DNA from: Xanthomonas campestris pv. campestris str. ATCC 33913
GTDB lineage: Bacteria; Pseudomonadota; Gammaproteobacteria; Xanthomonadales; Xanthomonadaceae
DNA length: 32,000 nt
Direction of reading: 5' to 3'
Assembly: GCF_000007145.1 (NCBI RefSeq)
Contig: NC_003902.1
Span: 4,226,497-4,258,496 of the forward strand
Shown here piece after piece: positions 1 to 10,132 of the stretch. Within the stretch, counting starts at the first letter, position 1. Each line of letters begins with the position of its first letter. The position numbers were made by a program, and so were the translations under genes. The notes under the pieces are model-generated. The model had not been told where the DNA came from and searched no databases. It worked only from the letters and a program-made list of their open reading frames with translations.

Positions 1-173
1 TGCGGCCGTGATGGCGCTTGATCATCAAGCAATACGCTCGATGCAGCGCCATGCCGCGCCGGAATGCGCAATGCACGTCACATCTCAGAACAGCGCTGCG
101 TTAATGCGTGGTGCTGGTAGAGCGCTGCGAGGCGAGAGACGCATCGCTGCACAACAGTGCGCTACACGCGGCA

Positions 174-401
174 TCAGCGCCGCTGCAGCCACCACATGCG
201 GGCGATCACCAGCAGCAGCACCAACAAGCCACCTGTCACTGCCGCATCCCAGCCAATGGCGATCCAGTAACGCTGCGGATCCGCCTCCAGCAGGAATATG
301 CGTGTCGGCCGCCCACGGATAACGCTGACATAACGCCCCTTCACCACGGCCTCGACCAGCAGCGCCAGCCGCATGCAGCAGGCTGCGGCCACCAGTAGCA
401 T
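174..401 (-). CDS. small hypothetical membrane protein (two hydrophobic segments; start uncertain)
   Basis: Inner part of ORF 174..536(-). From ATG 401 the frame shows strong G/C third-position bias. It encodes two hydrophobic stretches (MLLVAAACCMRLALLV and VTGGLLVLLLVIARMWW). GTG 419 is an alternative start. No family recognised. Confidence 0.3.
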   Translation of the reverse strand: MLLVAAACCMRLALLVEAVVKGRYVSVIRGRPTRIFLLEADPQRYWIAIGWDAAVTGGLLVLLLVIARMWWLQRR

Positions 402-826
402 GCCCGCACCTTGCAGCACCGCCGCGATGCGCTCCTTGCGTGAGTTGGGTGCTGGTACAACTGCACGGCGACGGGGTGGTTTCAACGTAGTGCCACTGCA
501 ACGAATCGTTCGCCAGTTTACCGATGTCGCATGCACGCACCGCTACGCACAGATCCACGCTGCCAATACCGGCGCCTGCCGTACAGCACACGATGAGGAT
601 TGAGCGCGTGCAGATCGCGCTTGAGCGGGCAATGCCGCATGCATCTGACGACGGCCGCTATACTACGTGCCGTAGCGCACCCGCATCGCGGGATGGACCC
701 CAGCGCTGCTTCGTATCAAGGAAGATCGTCCGCATCGGTTGCGATGCTGCAGGCCGTTGGCGCTTCCTTGGTGTTCTCCTGTTCGCTGCGGCCCTGCCGC
801 GGAAAACCCGTACCAAGGACTCTGCT

Positions 827-1375
827 TTGAAGACTTTCACCGCGTTTGTCGTGCTTTCTTTCAGCCTGCTGCTGTCTGCCTGTGGCGGAAGCGATCTCGC
901 CAGCGGCGCCTCCAAGATGTCCTCCAGCGACTATCTCCTGCATAACATCTCGGTCTGGAACGGCGTGGTCAAAATCGTCGACCCATGGGTGTCGGGCGAG
1001 CGTGGGCAGTCGCTGATGGCCGATGCCATCGCACACAAGCCGCTGGAGCAGTACAAGATTGCACTGGCCGGCCAGCGCAAGGCCCTGGCCGCCAATACGC
1101 AGGCCAACACGATGATGGCCTCGGGCGTGCCCGATAACGCCAAGGAGCTGGATGCCAAGCTGGTTGCCACCCTCAAGAGCGCCGACGCCACCATGGCCGC
1201 GATGGAGCAGATTGCCGCGTTGCCGGATGGCTACACCAACGAGACCCTGGCACCGCTGGGCAAGCAGCTGCAGACCACCGCCAACGGCCTGGTGGCCGAC
1301 ATCCAGGCCTTGAACACGGCGCAGCGTGCGTATTCCAAGGAACATAACGTGCCGTTCCAGGAAGTGCAGCAGTAA
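827..1375 (+). CDS. hypothetical lipoprotein
   Basis: Inner TTG start at 827 of ORF 524..1375, preceded by AAGGA about 7 nt upstream. N-terminus LKTFTAFVVLSFSLLLSAC-GG is a signal peptide plus lipobox. A hairpin follows the stop. No family recognised. Confidence 0.7.
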   Translation: MKTFTAFVVLSFSLLLSACGGSDLASGASKMSSSDYLLHNISVWNGVVKIVDPWVSGERGQSLMADAIAHKPLEQYKIALAGQRKALAANTQANTMMASGVPDNAKELDAKLVATLKSADATMAAMEQIAALPDGYTNETLAPLGKQLQTTANGLVADIQALNTAQRAYSKEHNVPFQEVQQ

Positions 1376-1382
1376 CAGCAGA

Positions 1383-1405
1383 GACGACTGCGCACTGCAG
1401 TCGTC
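1383..1405 (+). terminator. possible intrinsic terminator hairpin (no U-tract)
   Basis: GACGACTGC (1383..1391) pairs with GCAGTCGTC (1397..1405) around a 5-nt loop, 8 nt after the lipoprotein stop. No T-run follows. Confidence 0.4.
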
Positions 1406-1728
1406 ACCACGCGCCCGGTACATGGCATCGGCAGACACCACGGTGTGCTGCCGCTGCCATGTACCGGGCGTGTTTATATGCGGCCTATGCGCAGGCGCAA
1501 CGGTGTTGCTGCGGGCGATTCGCACACCGCTGCAGCGGCTGGCGAGCGCAGCGCGCACTCGTCAGTAAATGCAGAGGGCGAGCGCACGCTTCGGCATAGA
1601 TCGCGGTACATGGCTGTTACCGCCGACCAACATTCATTAGCTGGATCCGGTGCAAAATGGCGGCGATAACACCGATTACGCGCGCGAGTTCTCTCTTCGC
1701 CGCTCCGCGGTCACCGCGCCGGCTCAGT

Positions 1729-2628
1729 TCACGCCGGCAAGCCAAAGATCAGCGAGCGATGCGCGGCCACGCCGGCCATGGCACCGCTGGCCACCGCGAA
1801 GGTCACCGAGGCTGCGGGGCTGGCAATGTCGCCGCATGCAAAGACCCCGGGAACCGAGGTCGCCTGCATTGCATCCACCGCTACATGGCTGCCCAGTGGC
1901 CCGTCCGCCAGGGCGCACCCCATTGCCGTCACCACAGGGCTGATGTGGGTTTGCGTGGTGATGAACAGGCCGTCCAATTGTGTGGTTTGCCCATCGCGCA
2001 GCACCACCTCCACATGCGCGTCGTCGCCCTGGATGCGGGCCACCGCGCCTGGCACCAGGGTCACGCCGCGTGCCTGTAGTTGGGCGTTCTGCTTGGCGTC
2101 CAAGACCAGCGCATCGTTCAAGAACAGGCGGGTGACGCCCCAATCCGGCAGCATCGCGGCCTGATGCACCGCAAACGCAGAAGTGGCCAGCACACCAATA
2201 CGTCCCTGCTCCAGTTCGTAGCCATGGCAATACGGGCAAACGAAGATCTGCTTGCCCCAGCGCTCGGCCAGGCCCGGGATATCCGGCAGGCGGTCCACCA
2301 CACCCGTGGCAATGATGAGACGGCGCGCCATGTGGGCCCCACCATTGCCAAGCGTCACGCGGAATGCCTCTGCGGTGCCGTCCACCTGCGTCACCTCGGC
2401 ATCGGCCCAGTGCACATCGGGATACGCGCGCAACTGCGTGCGCCCGTGCGCGGCAATCTGCGCAGGCGACTCGCCGTCGCGGCTAAAAAAGCCATGCGAG
2501 GTTGCGGCGAAGCGATTGCGGCGCAGACCGCTATCCAGCACCAGAATGCGGCGGCGTGCACGCGCGAGCTGCAAGCCGGCCGAAAGTCCCGCGTAGCTGC
2601 CACCGATGATGATCACGTCGTAGTGCAT
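1729..2628 (-). CDS. NAD(P)/FAD-dependent oxidoreductase, thioredoxin-reductase-like
   Basis: 299 aa. N-terminal FAD-binding fingerprint YDVIIIGGSYAGLSAG. CxxC redox motif VCPYCHGYE. C-terminal ACGDIA flavin motif. AAGG Shine-Dalgarno about 7 nt before ATG 2628. Confidence 0.9.
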   Translation of the reverse strand: MHYDVIIIGGSYAGLSAGLQLARARRRILVLDSGLRRNRFAATSHGFFSRDGESPAQIAAHGRTQLRAYPDVHWADAEVTQVDGTAEAFRVTLGNGGAHMARRLIIATGVVDRLPDIPGLAERWGKQIFVCPYCHGYELEQGRIGVLATSAFAVHQAAMLPDWGVTRLFLNDALVLDAKQNAQLQARGVTLVPGAVARIQGDDAHVEVVLRDGQTTQLDGLFITTQTHISPVVTAMGCALADGPLGSHVAVDAMQATSVPGVFACGDIASPAASVTFAVASGAMAGVAAHRSLIFGLPA

Positions 2629-3319
2629 TGCGCTGCCTTGCCTTTTGCTTCTTTATGTACTTTTCGATGTTACATGATTGGACCAGCGGTTCAAGCGGTC
2701 ACCGAAGGGCTGTGTGGTTGTGCATGCGCTTATAAGCGAGCTCAGCAGCTGCGTTTTTGTCGAGACTGGAGTCAGCACTTGAAGCGACTGTGCGTGCCGT
2801 GTTGATCGTATGGCCACTGCAGGGCGACAGCCTGGAGTGCAGCCAGCCGGGGACGCAGCTCTATGGCTTCAAGGTGCTGGGCGACGCCGGCAATGGGCGC
2901 GATTCTTGGATGATCAAGGCGGTGCAGCACGTGGCCAACCTCCACGCGCGTGCCGGCGAGCTGGTGATCCACGGCGTCGATCTGTCATGCCCTGCAACGC
3001 TAAGCACTGCGAGATTGCGGAGGTTGCGAGGCGACTGCGCGCACCGCGCTGATCACATGGCCAACGCCGCGCCACGCACAGCGTGCAGCCTGACGCGTGA
3101 TTGCCTGCAATGCGTAGCACTGCGATGAGCAAGGCTTACAGAGACCACAAGTGCATGCGTCGCCCGTCACCTCATTCGACGCGCAGCGATTGAACTACTC
3201 ATTGCGTTGAAGCAGCATCAGGCTGCATGCAAGCAGACAGATCAGTCAACCATCGCTGGCAAGCGAGGACCCCGGCAACCGAGCGCACCCACCACAGGCC
3301 ACCGGCGCTGCCGAACCGC

Positions 3320-3793
3320 TCAATCGCGCCGTACGCGCTTGGCTTTTCCCGCGGCTTGCACGGGTGTGGCGGTCTTGCACAAGGCATCGAAGTCACTGGC
3401 CAGGTCCGCCAGGGTCACCGTTCCCAGGCGCTCCAACAGCAAGGTTTCGGCGGCGGTGAGCGCGTCGGCGATGGCGGCATTGACCACACGCTCCACACCG
3501 CATTGCGGGTGGTCCTGGTCGGTGCCGATTGCGAACAGATGCGGGCCACCGACAGCGCGGTGCACATCCAGCAATGTGACTTGAGCAAGATCGCGCGCCA
3601 ACTGCCAGCCACCGTGGTGGCCCTTGGACGATTGCACGTAGCCGGCCTCGCGCAGGCCGGCCATGGTCCGCCGCACCACCACCGCATTGGTCGACAGCAT
3701 GCGGGCGATCTGTTCGGAGGTCATCGGCTGCGCACTTCTGGCCATGTGCAACAGCACATGCAGCATGCGGGAAAGGCGGCTATCGGTTCGCAC
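3320..3793 (-). CDS. Rrf2 family transcriptional regulator
   Basis: GTG start at 3793 gives VRTDSRLSRMLHVLLHMA..., a typical Rrf2 N-terminus. Winged-helix region MTSEQIARMLSTNAVVVRRTMAGLREAGYV. The upstream 24 codons of ORF 3320..3865 look non-coding. ATG 3766 is an alternative start. Confidence 0.88.
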   Translation of the reverse strand: MRTDSRLSRMLHVLLHMARSAQPMTSEQIARMLSTNAVVVRRTMAGLREAGYVQSSKGHHGGWQLARDLAQVTLLDVHRAVGGPHLFAIGTDQDHPQCGVERVVNAAIADALTAAETLLLERLGTVTLADLASDFDALCKTATPVQAAGKAKRVRRD

Positions 3794-3895
3794 GGAATGG
3801 CATCGCTGAGCAGGCGGGAGGAGCGGCAGCGCCGCTGCGCAAAGTGTGCCGCACTGCGGCGCCATTGTCGCATTGCACCAGGGCGCGCACTTGCA

Positions 3896-5776
3896 CTACG
3901 CGCCGTACACGGCCCATTGGTCGCGGCCGGCGGTCTTGGCGGCGTACAGCGCCAGGTCGGCCTGACTCAGCAGCACGTCCAGCCCGGTCGCCGGGGTGAC
4001 GCGCACCGCGCCCAGGCAGAAGCGCACCGGCGCATCTGCCGGCAGGCCTGCGATGGCAATCGCCGCCACCGCACTGCGCAGACGCGCGAACACGTTGCCG
4101 ATTTCGTCAGCGGTGCAGCCCGGCAACACCAGCAGAAATTCCTCGCCGCCCAACCGGCCGAGCTGGTCGCGCTCGCGCAGGGCGCGCCGGGACGCGGCAG
4201 CCAGCGCCTTGAGCACCGCGTCGCCGGTGGCATGGCCGTGCACGTCGTTGATCTGCTTGAAGTGGTCCAGGTCGATCAAGGCCAGCATGCAGGAGGTGCG
4301 TGTACGCAGCGCATGCTCGATCTGCTGCTGCGCCTCGGTACGGATCGCGCGACGGTTGGGCAGGCCGGTCAGTTCGTCGCGCATGGCCAGAGTGGAGAGC
4401 TGGCGGCGATGGCGCCAGCCCACCGCCACCACCACCAGCGCGGCGATCAGCAACAGGCAGGCCGCACACAGCGCGATCCACAAGGTGCGCTGGCCGGCTT
4501 CGCGCGCCTGCAGCGCCAACTGCGCGGTTTCGCTGCGGCGGCGCAATTCCGCGGTTTCCGCACTGCGGCGTGCATCTTCGTAGCGCGCCTGCAGCCGCAG
4601 CATCACCGTGTCGCGCTGGCCCTCCTGGCTACGCTCACGCAAGGCGTTGGCACGTTGCAGTTCGGCATAGGCCTGCGCGTGCTGGCCCATCGAGGCCAGC
4701 GCCGCGGCAATGGCATCGGCCAGGTCCACACGGCGGCTTGATGCCAGCTGCGGGCCATCGGCGCGCCTGGCCGCGGCGATCTCCTCGCCCAGGCGCGCAT
4801 CCGTCAACGCGGTCATCGCCTTCAACAACACCGCGTGGCAGGCCGCGACGCGGCCGATGTTGCCCTGCGCCTGCATCAGCGGCAGCGCTTCGTTGGCGGT
4901 GACCAGCGCCGCGGCGGCATCGCCGGTCTCGATCAAGGCTTCGCTGGCACTGGTCAGTGCCGCTGCCACGCCGGCCTGATCGCCCAGCGCGCGACTCAAG
5001 GCCAGTGCGCGGCGGAAATGCACCAGCGCCGCGTCCGGCTGCTGCAGCGCCAGCGAGGCACCGTATTCGTATTCGATCAGGCTGCGCTGGAAGCGTGCCG
5101 GCAGGTCGCCCAGGCGCGCCAATGCACGCAGCAGATAGGCCTCCGCCTCATTTTCCTTGGCGGTTCGCCCGCCCACGCGGCTGGCCAGTGACCCGAGTTG
5201 TGTCAGCGCATCCAGCTCGAGCGACAGCGATCCTTCGCGCACCGCACATTGGTAGCTGGCCTGCGCGGCATTCCAGGCCTCATCGCTGCTGCCCGACGCC
5301 AGCATGCTCCACATGTCCACCGCGTCGACTTCGCACAGCAGGTCACGGCGGCCCAGCGCGCGCGCCTGCCGGCGCAACTCTTCCAGCCGCGCCACCATGG
5401 AGCGATTGGGGTTTTCGCGCACATCGCTCAGTGCCTGCACCGTGTGCAGCCACAGCCGCGCCTGCGCGCCGCTGCCATGCAGCTGGCCCAGCACGTCGCG
5501 TGCCTGCGTCAGCGCCTGATTGCGGCGTGCACTGTCTTCTAGCGAAATCAGCACCCGCGCCTGCGCCAAGGCCGCCCAGAACGTGGCATCGGCCTGCCCG
5601 CTTGCGCGCGCCTGGCGCAGCTGTCGGTCGGTGGCCTGCAGGGCGGCGGTGGGGTCGTCGAGCAGCATGGCTTCGGTCGTGGCCCAGGGTTGCGGCTGGC
5701 TCCAGGCCGCCCCACTGACCCACAGCAGTGCAGTGCACAGATGCGGAAACCACCACGCCGTGCGCTGACGTTTCAT
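3896..5776 (-). CDS. diguanylate cyclase (GGDEF) with large periplasmic TPR-like sensor region
   Basis: Start at ATG 5776 (MKRQRTAWWFPHLCTALLWVSGAAWS, signal/TM). About 400 aa Ala/Leu-rich helical-repeat region follows, then a second TM (LWIALCAACLLLIAALVVVAVGW). The C-terminal GGDEF domain has active site GGEEF and an RxxD I-site (RERD) 5 residues upstream. Confidence 0.9.
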   Translation of the reverse strand: MKRQRTAWWFPHLCTALLWVSGAAWSQPQPWATTEAMLLDDPTAALQATDRQLRQARASGQADATFWAALAQARVLISLEDSARRNQALTQARDVLGQLHGSGAQARLWLHTVQALSDVRENPNRSMVARLEELRRQARALGRRDLLCEVDAVDMWSMLASGSSDEAWNAAQASYQCAVREGSLSLELDALTQLGSLASRVGGRTAKENEAEAYLLRALARLGDLPARFQRSLIEYEYGASLALQQPDAALVHFRRALALSRALGDQAGVAAALTSASEALIETGDAAAALVTANEALPLMQAQGNIGRVAACHAVLLKAMTALTDARLGEEIAAARRADGPQLASSRRVDLADAIAAALASMGQHAQAYAELQRANALRERSQEGQRDTVMLRLQARYEDARRSAETAELRRRSETAQLALQAREAGQRTLWIALCAACLLLIAALVVVAVGWRHRRQLSTLAMRDELTGLPNRRAIRTEAQQQIEHALRTRTSCMLALIDLDHFKQINDVHGHATGDAVLKALAAASRRALRERDQLGRLGGEEFLLVLPGCTADEIGNVFARLRSAVAAIAIAGLPADAPVRFCLGAVRVTPATGLDVLLSQADLALYAAKTAGRDQWAVYGA

Positions 5777-6298
5777 CGCACACGCATCGCGATCACCATG
5801 GCATCGCGGCCGTGGCTCGCAGGTGGCCCTGGGTGAGGAGGTACTGATTGCTGTGGCATGGCGCAGTCCTCCGTCGCAGGTGATGGAAACAATGCTGCAG
5901 TCGCGCGCGATAGCGACACTGAGCACAATGGTGGTCGCGCGACGTGCCCGACCAGGCGATCACGCAGATGGTCGAGCTCGTTATCGGCCGGGTGGCCAGG
6001 GTCTTGAATGGCGCCCGCTGAACGTGGCAGCGCTGCGCGCTCTACGATGCGTGCTACGAAGCGCCGCCCGAGCTGTGGCGCGCGCCGGTCCTGCACATGT
6101 CCCCGCGCGCAGCGCATCGCCGCGGCCATCGGCGCCCGGTGACAGGCCATATGGACAGCAGCAAACGCGCTGTCCCGGTGAACCACGCCATGCCACCGGC
6201 AAGCCGTGCATGCGCCTGCCGCCGCCATCTGCCATCCGCCAACACCGCGCCACGTAAACTGCCACCCGGCAGTACCACCCGCCTTTCCCGGAGACGCC

Positions 6299-7390
6299 GT
6301 GACCCGTTCGATTCCGCGCCTGTTGGCGCTTGGCGTGCTCGCCCTGTTGTCGGCCTGTGCGACGCAGGCGCCCCGCACGCCGCAACGCTCGCCACAGGCC
6401 GTGCAGGCCGATATCGCGCGCCGCCTGCCGGCATCGGTCAGCGACCGCGCCGGCTGGGCCCGCGACGTCTACGTGGCGCTTGCCTCGCAGGACATCGCCA
6501 CCACGCCCGAACACATCTGCGCGGTGCTGGCGGTCACCGAGCAGGAGTCCACCTATCAGGCCAATCCGCCGGTGCCGAACCTGGGCAAGATTTCGCGCGC
6601 GGAGATCGACCGCCGCGCCAGCGCCCACCACCTGCCCGGCTTCATGGTCGATGCCGCGCTGCGCATCACCTCGCCCGATGGCCGCAGCTATGCCACCCGC
6701 ATTGCCGCTGCGCGCACCGAGCAGGAGCTGAGCGGCATCTTCGAAGACTTCGCCGGCAGCGTGCCGCTGGGTGGGCGTTTGTTTGGCGGGCTCAATCCGG
6801 TGCGCACCGGCGGGCCGATGCAGGTGAGCATCGCCTTCGCCGAGCAGCATGCCGACCGCTACCCCTACCCGCCTGACGACTCCATCCGGCATGAGGTATT
6901 CAGCCGCCGCGGCGGGCTGTGGTTCGGCACCCGGCATTTGCTGGGCTACCCCGCCCGCTACGACGCGCTGCTGTACCGCTTTGCCGACTTCAATGCCGGC
7001 TGGTACGCCAGCCGCAATGCCGCGTTCCAGACCGCGCTGAGCAAGGCCAGCGGCATCGCGCTGGCGCTGGATGGCGACCTGCTCACCCCGGGCGCCAGCC
7101 TGGACGCACCCGGCGGCACCGAACGCGCCGCACGGGCGCTGGCCAGCCAGCTGGGCATGAATGACCGCCAGATCCGCGCCGCGCTCGAAGACGGCAACCG
7201 CGCCGATTTCGGCGACAGCACACTGTATCGCCAGGTCTTCGCGCTGGCCGAGCGCGACGGCCGCGCGGCGCTGCCACGCGCGGTGCTGCCGGGCATCACC
7301 CTGGAGAGCCCCAAGATCACCCGCACCCTCACCACCGCCTGGTTTGCCCAACGCGTCAACGACCGTTGGAAGCGCTGCATGGCCAAGTAG
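6299..7390 (+). CDS. DUF1615-like lipoprotein
   Basis: GTG 6299 is preceded by GGAGA. N-terminus VTRSIPRLLALGVLALLSAC-AT has a lipobox. The conserved block AVLAVTEQESTYQANPPVPNLGKI is one I recognise from DUF1615 lipoproteins, from memory only. Confidence 0.72.
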   Translation: MTRSIPRLLALGVLALLSACATQAPRTPQRSPQAVQADIARRLPASVSDRAGWARDVYVALASQDIATTPEHICAVLAVTEQESTYQANPPVPNLGKISRAEIDRRASAHHLPGFMVDAALRITSPDGRSYATRIAAARTEQELSGIFEDFAGSVPLGGRLFGGLNPVRTGGPMQVSIAFAEQHADRYPYPPDDSIRHEVFSRRGGLWFGTRHLLGYPARYDALLYRFADFNAGWYASRNAAFQTALSKASGIALALDGDLLTPGASLDAPGGTERAARALASQLGMNDRQIRAALEDGNRADFGDSTLYRQVFALAERDGRAALPRAVLPGITLESPKITRTLTTAWFAQRVNDRWKRCMAK

Positions 7391-7550
7391 CAGCACCCGC
7401 TGCGGGGCACGCGGCGCCTCTGGCACCATGCCCGTAGCTGCGCGCCGTGGCAAAGCACGACGTATGGCAGGGTCACAGGCCCCGCCCGCGCACGTAGCAT
7501 TGCCGGGTTGCGCCACTCTGCTCGGCGCGCGTCCTTTTGATGAGGTCCAC

Positions 7551-9875
7551 ATGCCCACACCGTTGCCGATGCGCCACCTGCTCACCGCCCTGGCCGTTGC
7601 CCTGCTGCCCGCACTGGCCAGCGCGCAGGCGCCCAGCGTGACTGCCGCCGACTACGCGCGCGCCGAACGCCTGGTCAGCTATCTGGCGCAGCCGCTGGTG
7701 GACCACGCCGCAACGCAGGTGACCTGGCTGGACCCCACGCATGTGGTGTATGTGGACCATGACGCCAGGGGCGACCGCCTGCTGCAGCTGGACACCGCCA
7801 CCGGCAAGACCGCGCCACTGTTCAAGCCTGCCCGGCTGGCCACCGCGCTCAACAGCTTGCTCAAGACCGGCGACAAACCGCTCAAGGCCGCCACGCTGGC
7901 GCCCAAGGTCCGCCTCACCGCCGATGGCCGCTACCGTTTCGAGATCCGCGACACCGACGTGATCTGCGATGTGCGCGCCGCCTGCAGCAAGGTCTACGCC
8001 AGCGAAAAGGCCGAACCGGGCGTGCTTTCGCCGGACAAGACCCGCGAGGCCTTCATCCGCAACTGGAACCTGTGGGTGCGTGAGCTGGCCACCGGCAAGG
8101 AAACCCAGCTGACCCGCGATGGCGTGGAAAACTTCGGCTACGCCACCGACAACGCCGGCTGGCAGCACAGCGACAACGCCATCGTTGCGTGGTCGCCGGA
8201 CTCGCGCAAGATCGCCACCTTCCAGCAGGACCAGCGCAAGACCGGCGACATGTATCTGGTCAGCACCAAGCTCGGGCATCCGGAACTGCAGTCGTGGAAA
8301 TACCCGCTGGCCGGCGACAAGGACGTGACCATGATCGAGCGCGTCATCATCGACGTGCCCACCGCCAGCGTGGTGCGCCTGAAGCTGCCGCCGGACCAGC
8401 ACCGCTCCACCCTGTGCGATGACGTGAGCTGCTCGCCGGGCCTGTGGGACGACGTGAAGTGGGCGCCGGACAGCAAGACCCTGGCGTTCGCCTCCACCTC
8501 GCGCTTCCACAAGCAGGTGTGGCTGCGCATTGCCGACGCCAGCACCGGCGCGGTGCGTACCGCCTTCGACGAAACCGCCAAGACCTATTACGAGAGCGGC
8601 CAGGTCGCCGCGAACTGGGCCTATCTGCCCGGCAGCAACGAAGCGGTGTGGTTCTCCGAACGCAGCGACTGGGGCCAGCTGTATCTGTACGACCTGCAGA
8701 CCGGCAAGCCCAAACGCGCGATCACCAGCGGCGAAGGCAATGTCACCGAGCTGCTGCGGGTGGACCCGGTGAGCCGCACCGCGTGGTTTGTCGGCGTGGG
8801 CAAGGTGCCGGGCGTGGACCCGTACTACCAGCAACTGTGGAAGGTGAGCCTGGACGGCGGCGCACCGGTGCTGCTGACGCCGGAAGCGGCCGATCACAGC
8901 ATTGCACTCTCACCCGATGGCGCGCGCTTCGTCGATACCTATTCCACCACGCTCACCCCACCGGTCAGCGTGCTGCGCGCTGCGGCCGATGGGCGCACGC
9001 TCAGCACCGTCGCCACCGCCGACATCACCCGCCTGAAGGCCGCCGGCTGGGTCCCGCCGGAACCGATCACGGTGAAGGCGCGCGACGGCAAGACCACCTT
9101 GTACGGCTTGCTGTTCAAGCCCACCCACTTCGATCCGGCACGCAAATATCCGGTGATCGATTACATCTACCCCGGCCCGCAGACCGGCTCGGTGCGCGGG
9201 CGCGGCTTCTACGCCGGCCATGGCGACAATCGATCGCTCGCGGAACTGGGCTTCATCGTCATCGCCATCGACGGCATGGGCACGCCCTGGCGCTCCAAGA
9301 CCTTCCACGACACCTGGTACGCCAACATGGGCGACAACACCCTGCCCGACCAGGTGGCTGCGGTGAAGGAACTCGGCCAGCGCTACCCGTGGTTCGACAC
9401 CACCCGCGTCGGCATCTGGGGCCACTCCGGTGGCGGCAATGCGTCCACCGGCGCGATGCTGCGCTACCCCGAACTGTTCAAGGTGGCCTGGTCGGAAAGC
9501 GGCAACCACGACAACCGCGGCTACGAAGACGACTGGGCCGAGAAGTACCACGGCGAGCACATCGTCAACAAAGACGGCACCTCCAATTACGACGACCAAG
9601 CCAACGCGACGCATGCAAGCAAGCTGCAAGGCCGGCTGATGCTGGTGCACGGCACGCTCGACGACAACGTGCCGCCATATCTCACCCTGTTGGTGGCCGA
9701 CGCGCTGATCAAGGTCAACAAGAACTTCGACATGCTGATGCTGCCCAATGCCAAGCATGGCTACGGCGACCTGACCCCGTATGTCACCCGCCGCCGTTGG
9801 GACTACTTCGTGCAGTATCTGCTCGGTGCTACGCCCCCGGCGCAGTACCAGATGCAGCCGATGCCGAAGCACTGA
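7551..9875 (+). CDS. S9 family serine peptidase, dipeptidyl-peptidase IV-like, exported
   Basis: ATG 7551 gives signal peptide MPTPLPMRHLLTALAVALLPALASAQA. A long beta-propeller-type N-domain with repeated SPD/APD motifs follows. The C-terminal alpha/beta hydrolase has nucleophile elbow GIWGHSGGG, acid LVHGTLDDNV and His in NAKHGY. Confidence 0.92.
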   Translation: MPTPLPMRHLLTALAVALLPALASAQAPSVTAADYARAERLVSYLAQPLVDHAATQVTWLDPTHVVYVDHDARGDRLLQLDTATGKTAPLFKPARLATALNSLLKTGDKPLKAATLAPKVRLTADGRYRFEIRDTDVICDVRAACSKVYASEKAEPGVLSPDKTREAFIRNWNLWVRELATGKETQLTRDGVENFGYATDNAGWQHSDNAIVAWSPDSRKIATFQQDQRKTGDMYLVSTKLGHPELQSWKYPLAGDKDVTMIERVIIDVPTASVVRLKLPPDQHRSTLCDDVSCSPGLWDDVKWAPDSKTLAFASTSRFHKQVWLRIADASTGAVRTAFDETAKTYYESGQVAANWAYLPGSNEAVWFSERSDWGQLYLYDLQTGKPKRAITSGEGNVTELLRVDPVSRTAWFVGVGKVPGVDPYYQQLWKVSLDGGAPVLLTPEAADHSIALSPDGARFVDTYSTTLTPPVSVLRAAADGRTLSTVATADITRLKAAGWVPPEPITVKARDGKTTLYGLLFKPTHFDPARKYPVIDYIYPGPQTGSVRGRGFYAGHGDNRSLAELGFIVIAIDGMGTPWRSKTFHDTWYANMGDNTLPDQVAAVKELGQRYPWFDTTRVGIWGHSGGGNASTGAMLRYPELFKVAWSESGNHDNRGYEDDWAEKYHGEHIVNKDGTSNYDDQANATHASKLQGRLMLVHGTLDDNVPPYLTLLVADALIKVNKNFDMLMLPNAKHGYGDLTPYVTRRRWDYFVQYLLGATPPAQYQMQPMPKH

Positions 9876-9901
9876 GCACGCCAGTTGCAGCTGGTGTCAT
9901 C

Positions 9902-9930
9902 GCGCAACGCAGATGGTTCATGCGTTGCGC
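9902..9930 (+). terminator. possible intrinsic terminator hairpin
   Basis: GCGCAACGCA (9902..9911) pairs with TGCGTTGCGC (9921..9930) as a perfect 10-bp stem with a 9-nt loop. It lies 27 nt after the peptidase stop. No T-run follows. Confidence 0.5.
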
Positions 9931-9994
9931 AATGGCGCGGCGGCGCGGTACTGCACTCACGTCCGCGCCGCGCGCCAGCGCATGACCAGCACAG

Positions 9995-10132
9995 CTACTG
10001 GACCGCGGCGCTACCGCCGAGCTCCTTGCTCAAGAGCGCCAGCAAGCGCGTGTAGTACTCACGCCCATGCGCTTCGGTGTAGAAGCCGTGGCTTTCGTTG
10101 GGGAAACGCACTCTCTCGCTGACGAACCGCAT
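9995..10132 (-). pseudogene. probable 3' remnant of an alpha/beta-hydrolase (S9-peptidase-like) gene
   Basis: The last 45 codons of ORF 9995..10483(-) read MRFVSERVRFPNESHGFYTEAHGREYYTRLLALLSKELGG. This has the pattern of an S9/DLH C-terminus carrying the catalytic His (FP-x-E-x-HGF). Everything upstream in that frame is an alternate frame of the DUF3817 gene and is not hydrolase-like. Confidence 0.3.

Noticed and set aside
3227-4741. Long ORF (504 aa, + strand) antisense to the Rrf2 and GGDEF genes. Similar long antisense or shadow ORFs include 5981..7585(-), 7473..8897(-), 8444..9985(+), 8910..9872(-), 11244..12470(-), 12770..13444(-), 18750..19754(-), 23672..24631(-) and 23683..25392(+).
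   Set aside because: Their translations are Arg/Ala/Gly/Pro-rich and low-complexity, with no motifs. They overlap genes that have clear family signatures on the other strand or frame. This is the typical stop-codon-poor shadow-ORF artefact of high-GC DNA.
5823-6257. A 144-aa ORF (+) and a 201-aa ORF (5773..6378, -) in the long GGDEF/DUF1615 divergent intergenic region.
   Set aside because: Neither translation shows a motif, a signal sequence or convincing third-position bias. Both are Arg/Ala/Pro-rich. They were kept only as a note that the 522-bp region is long.
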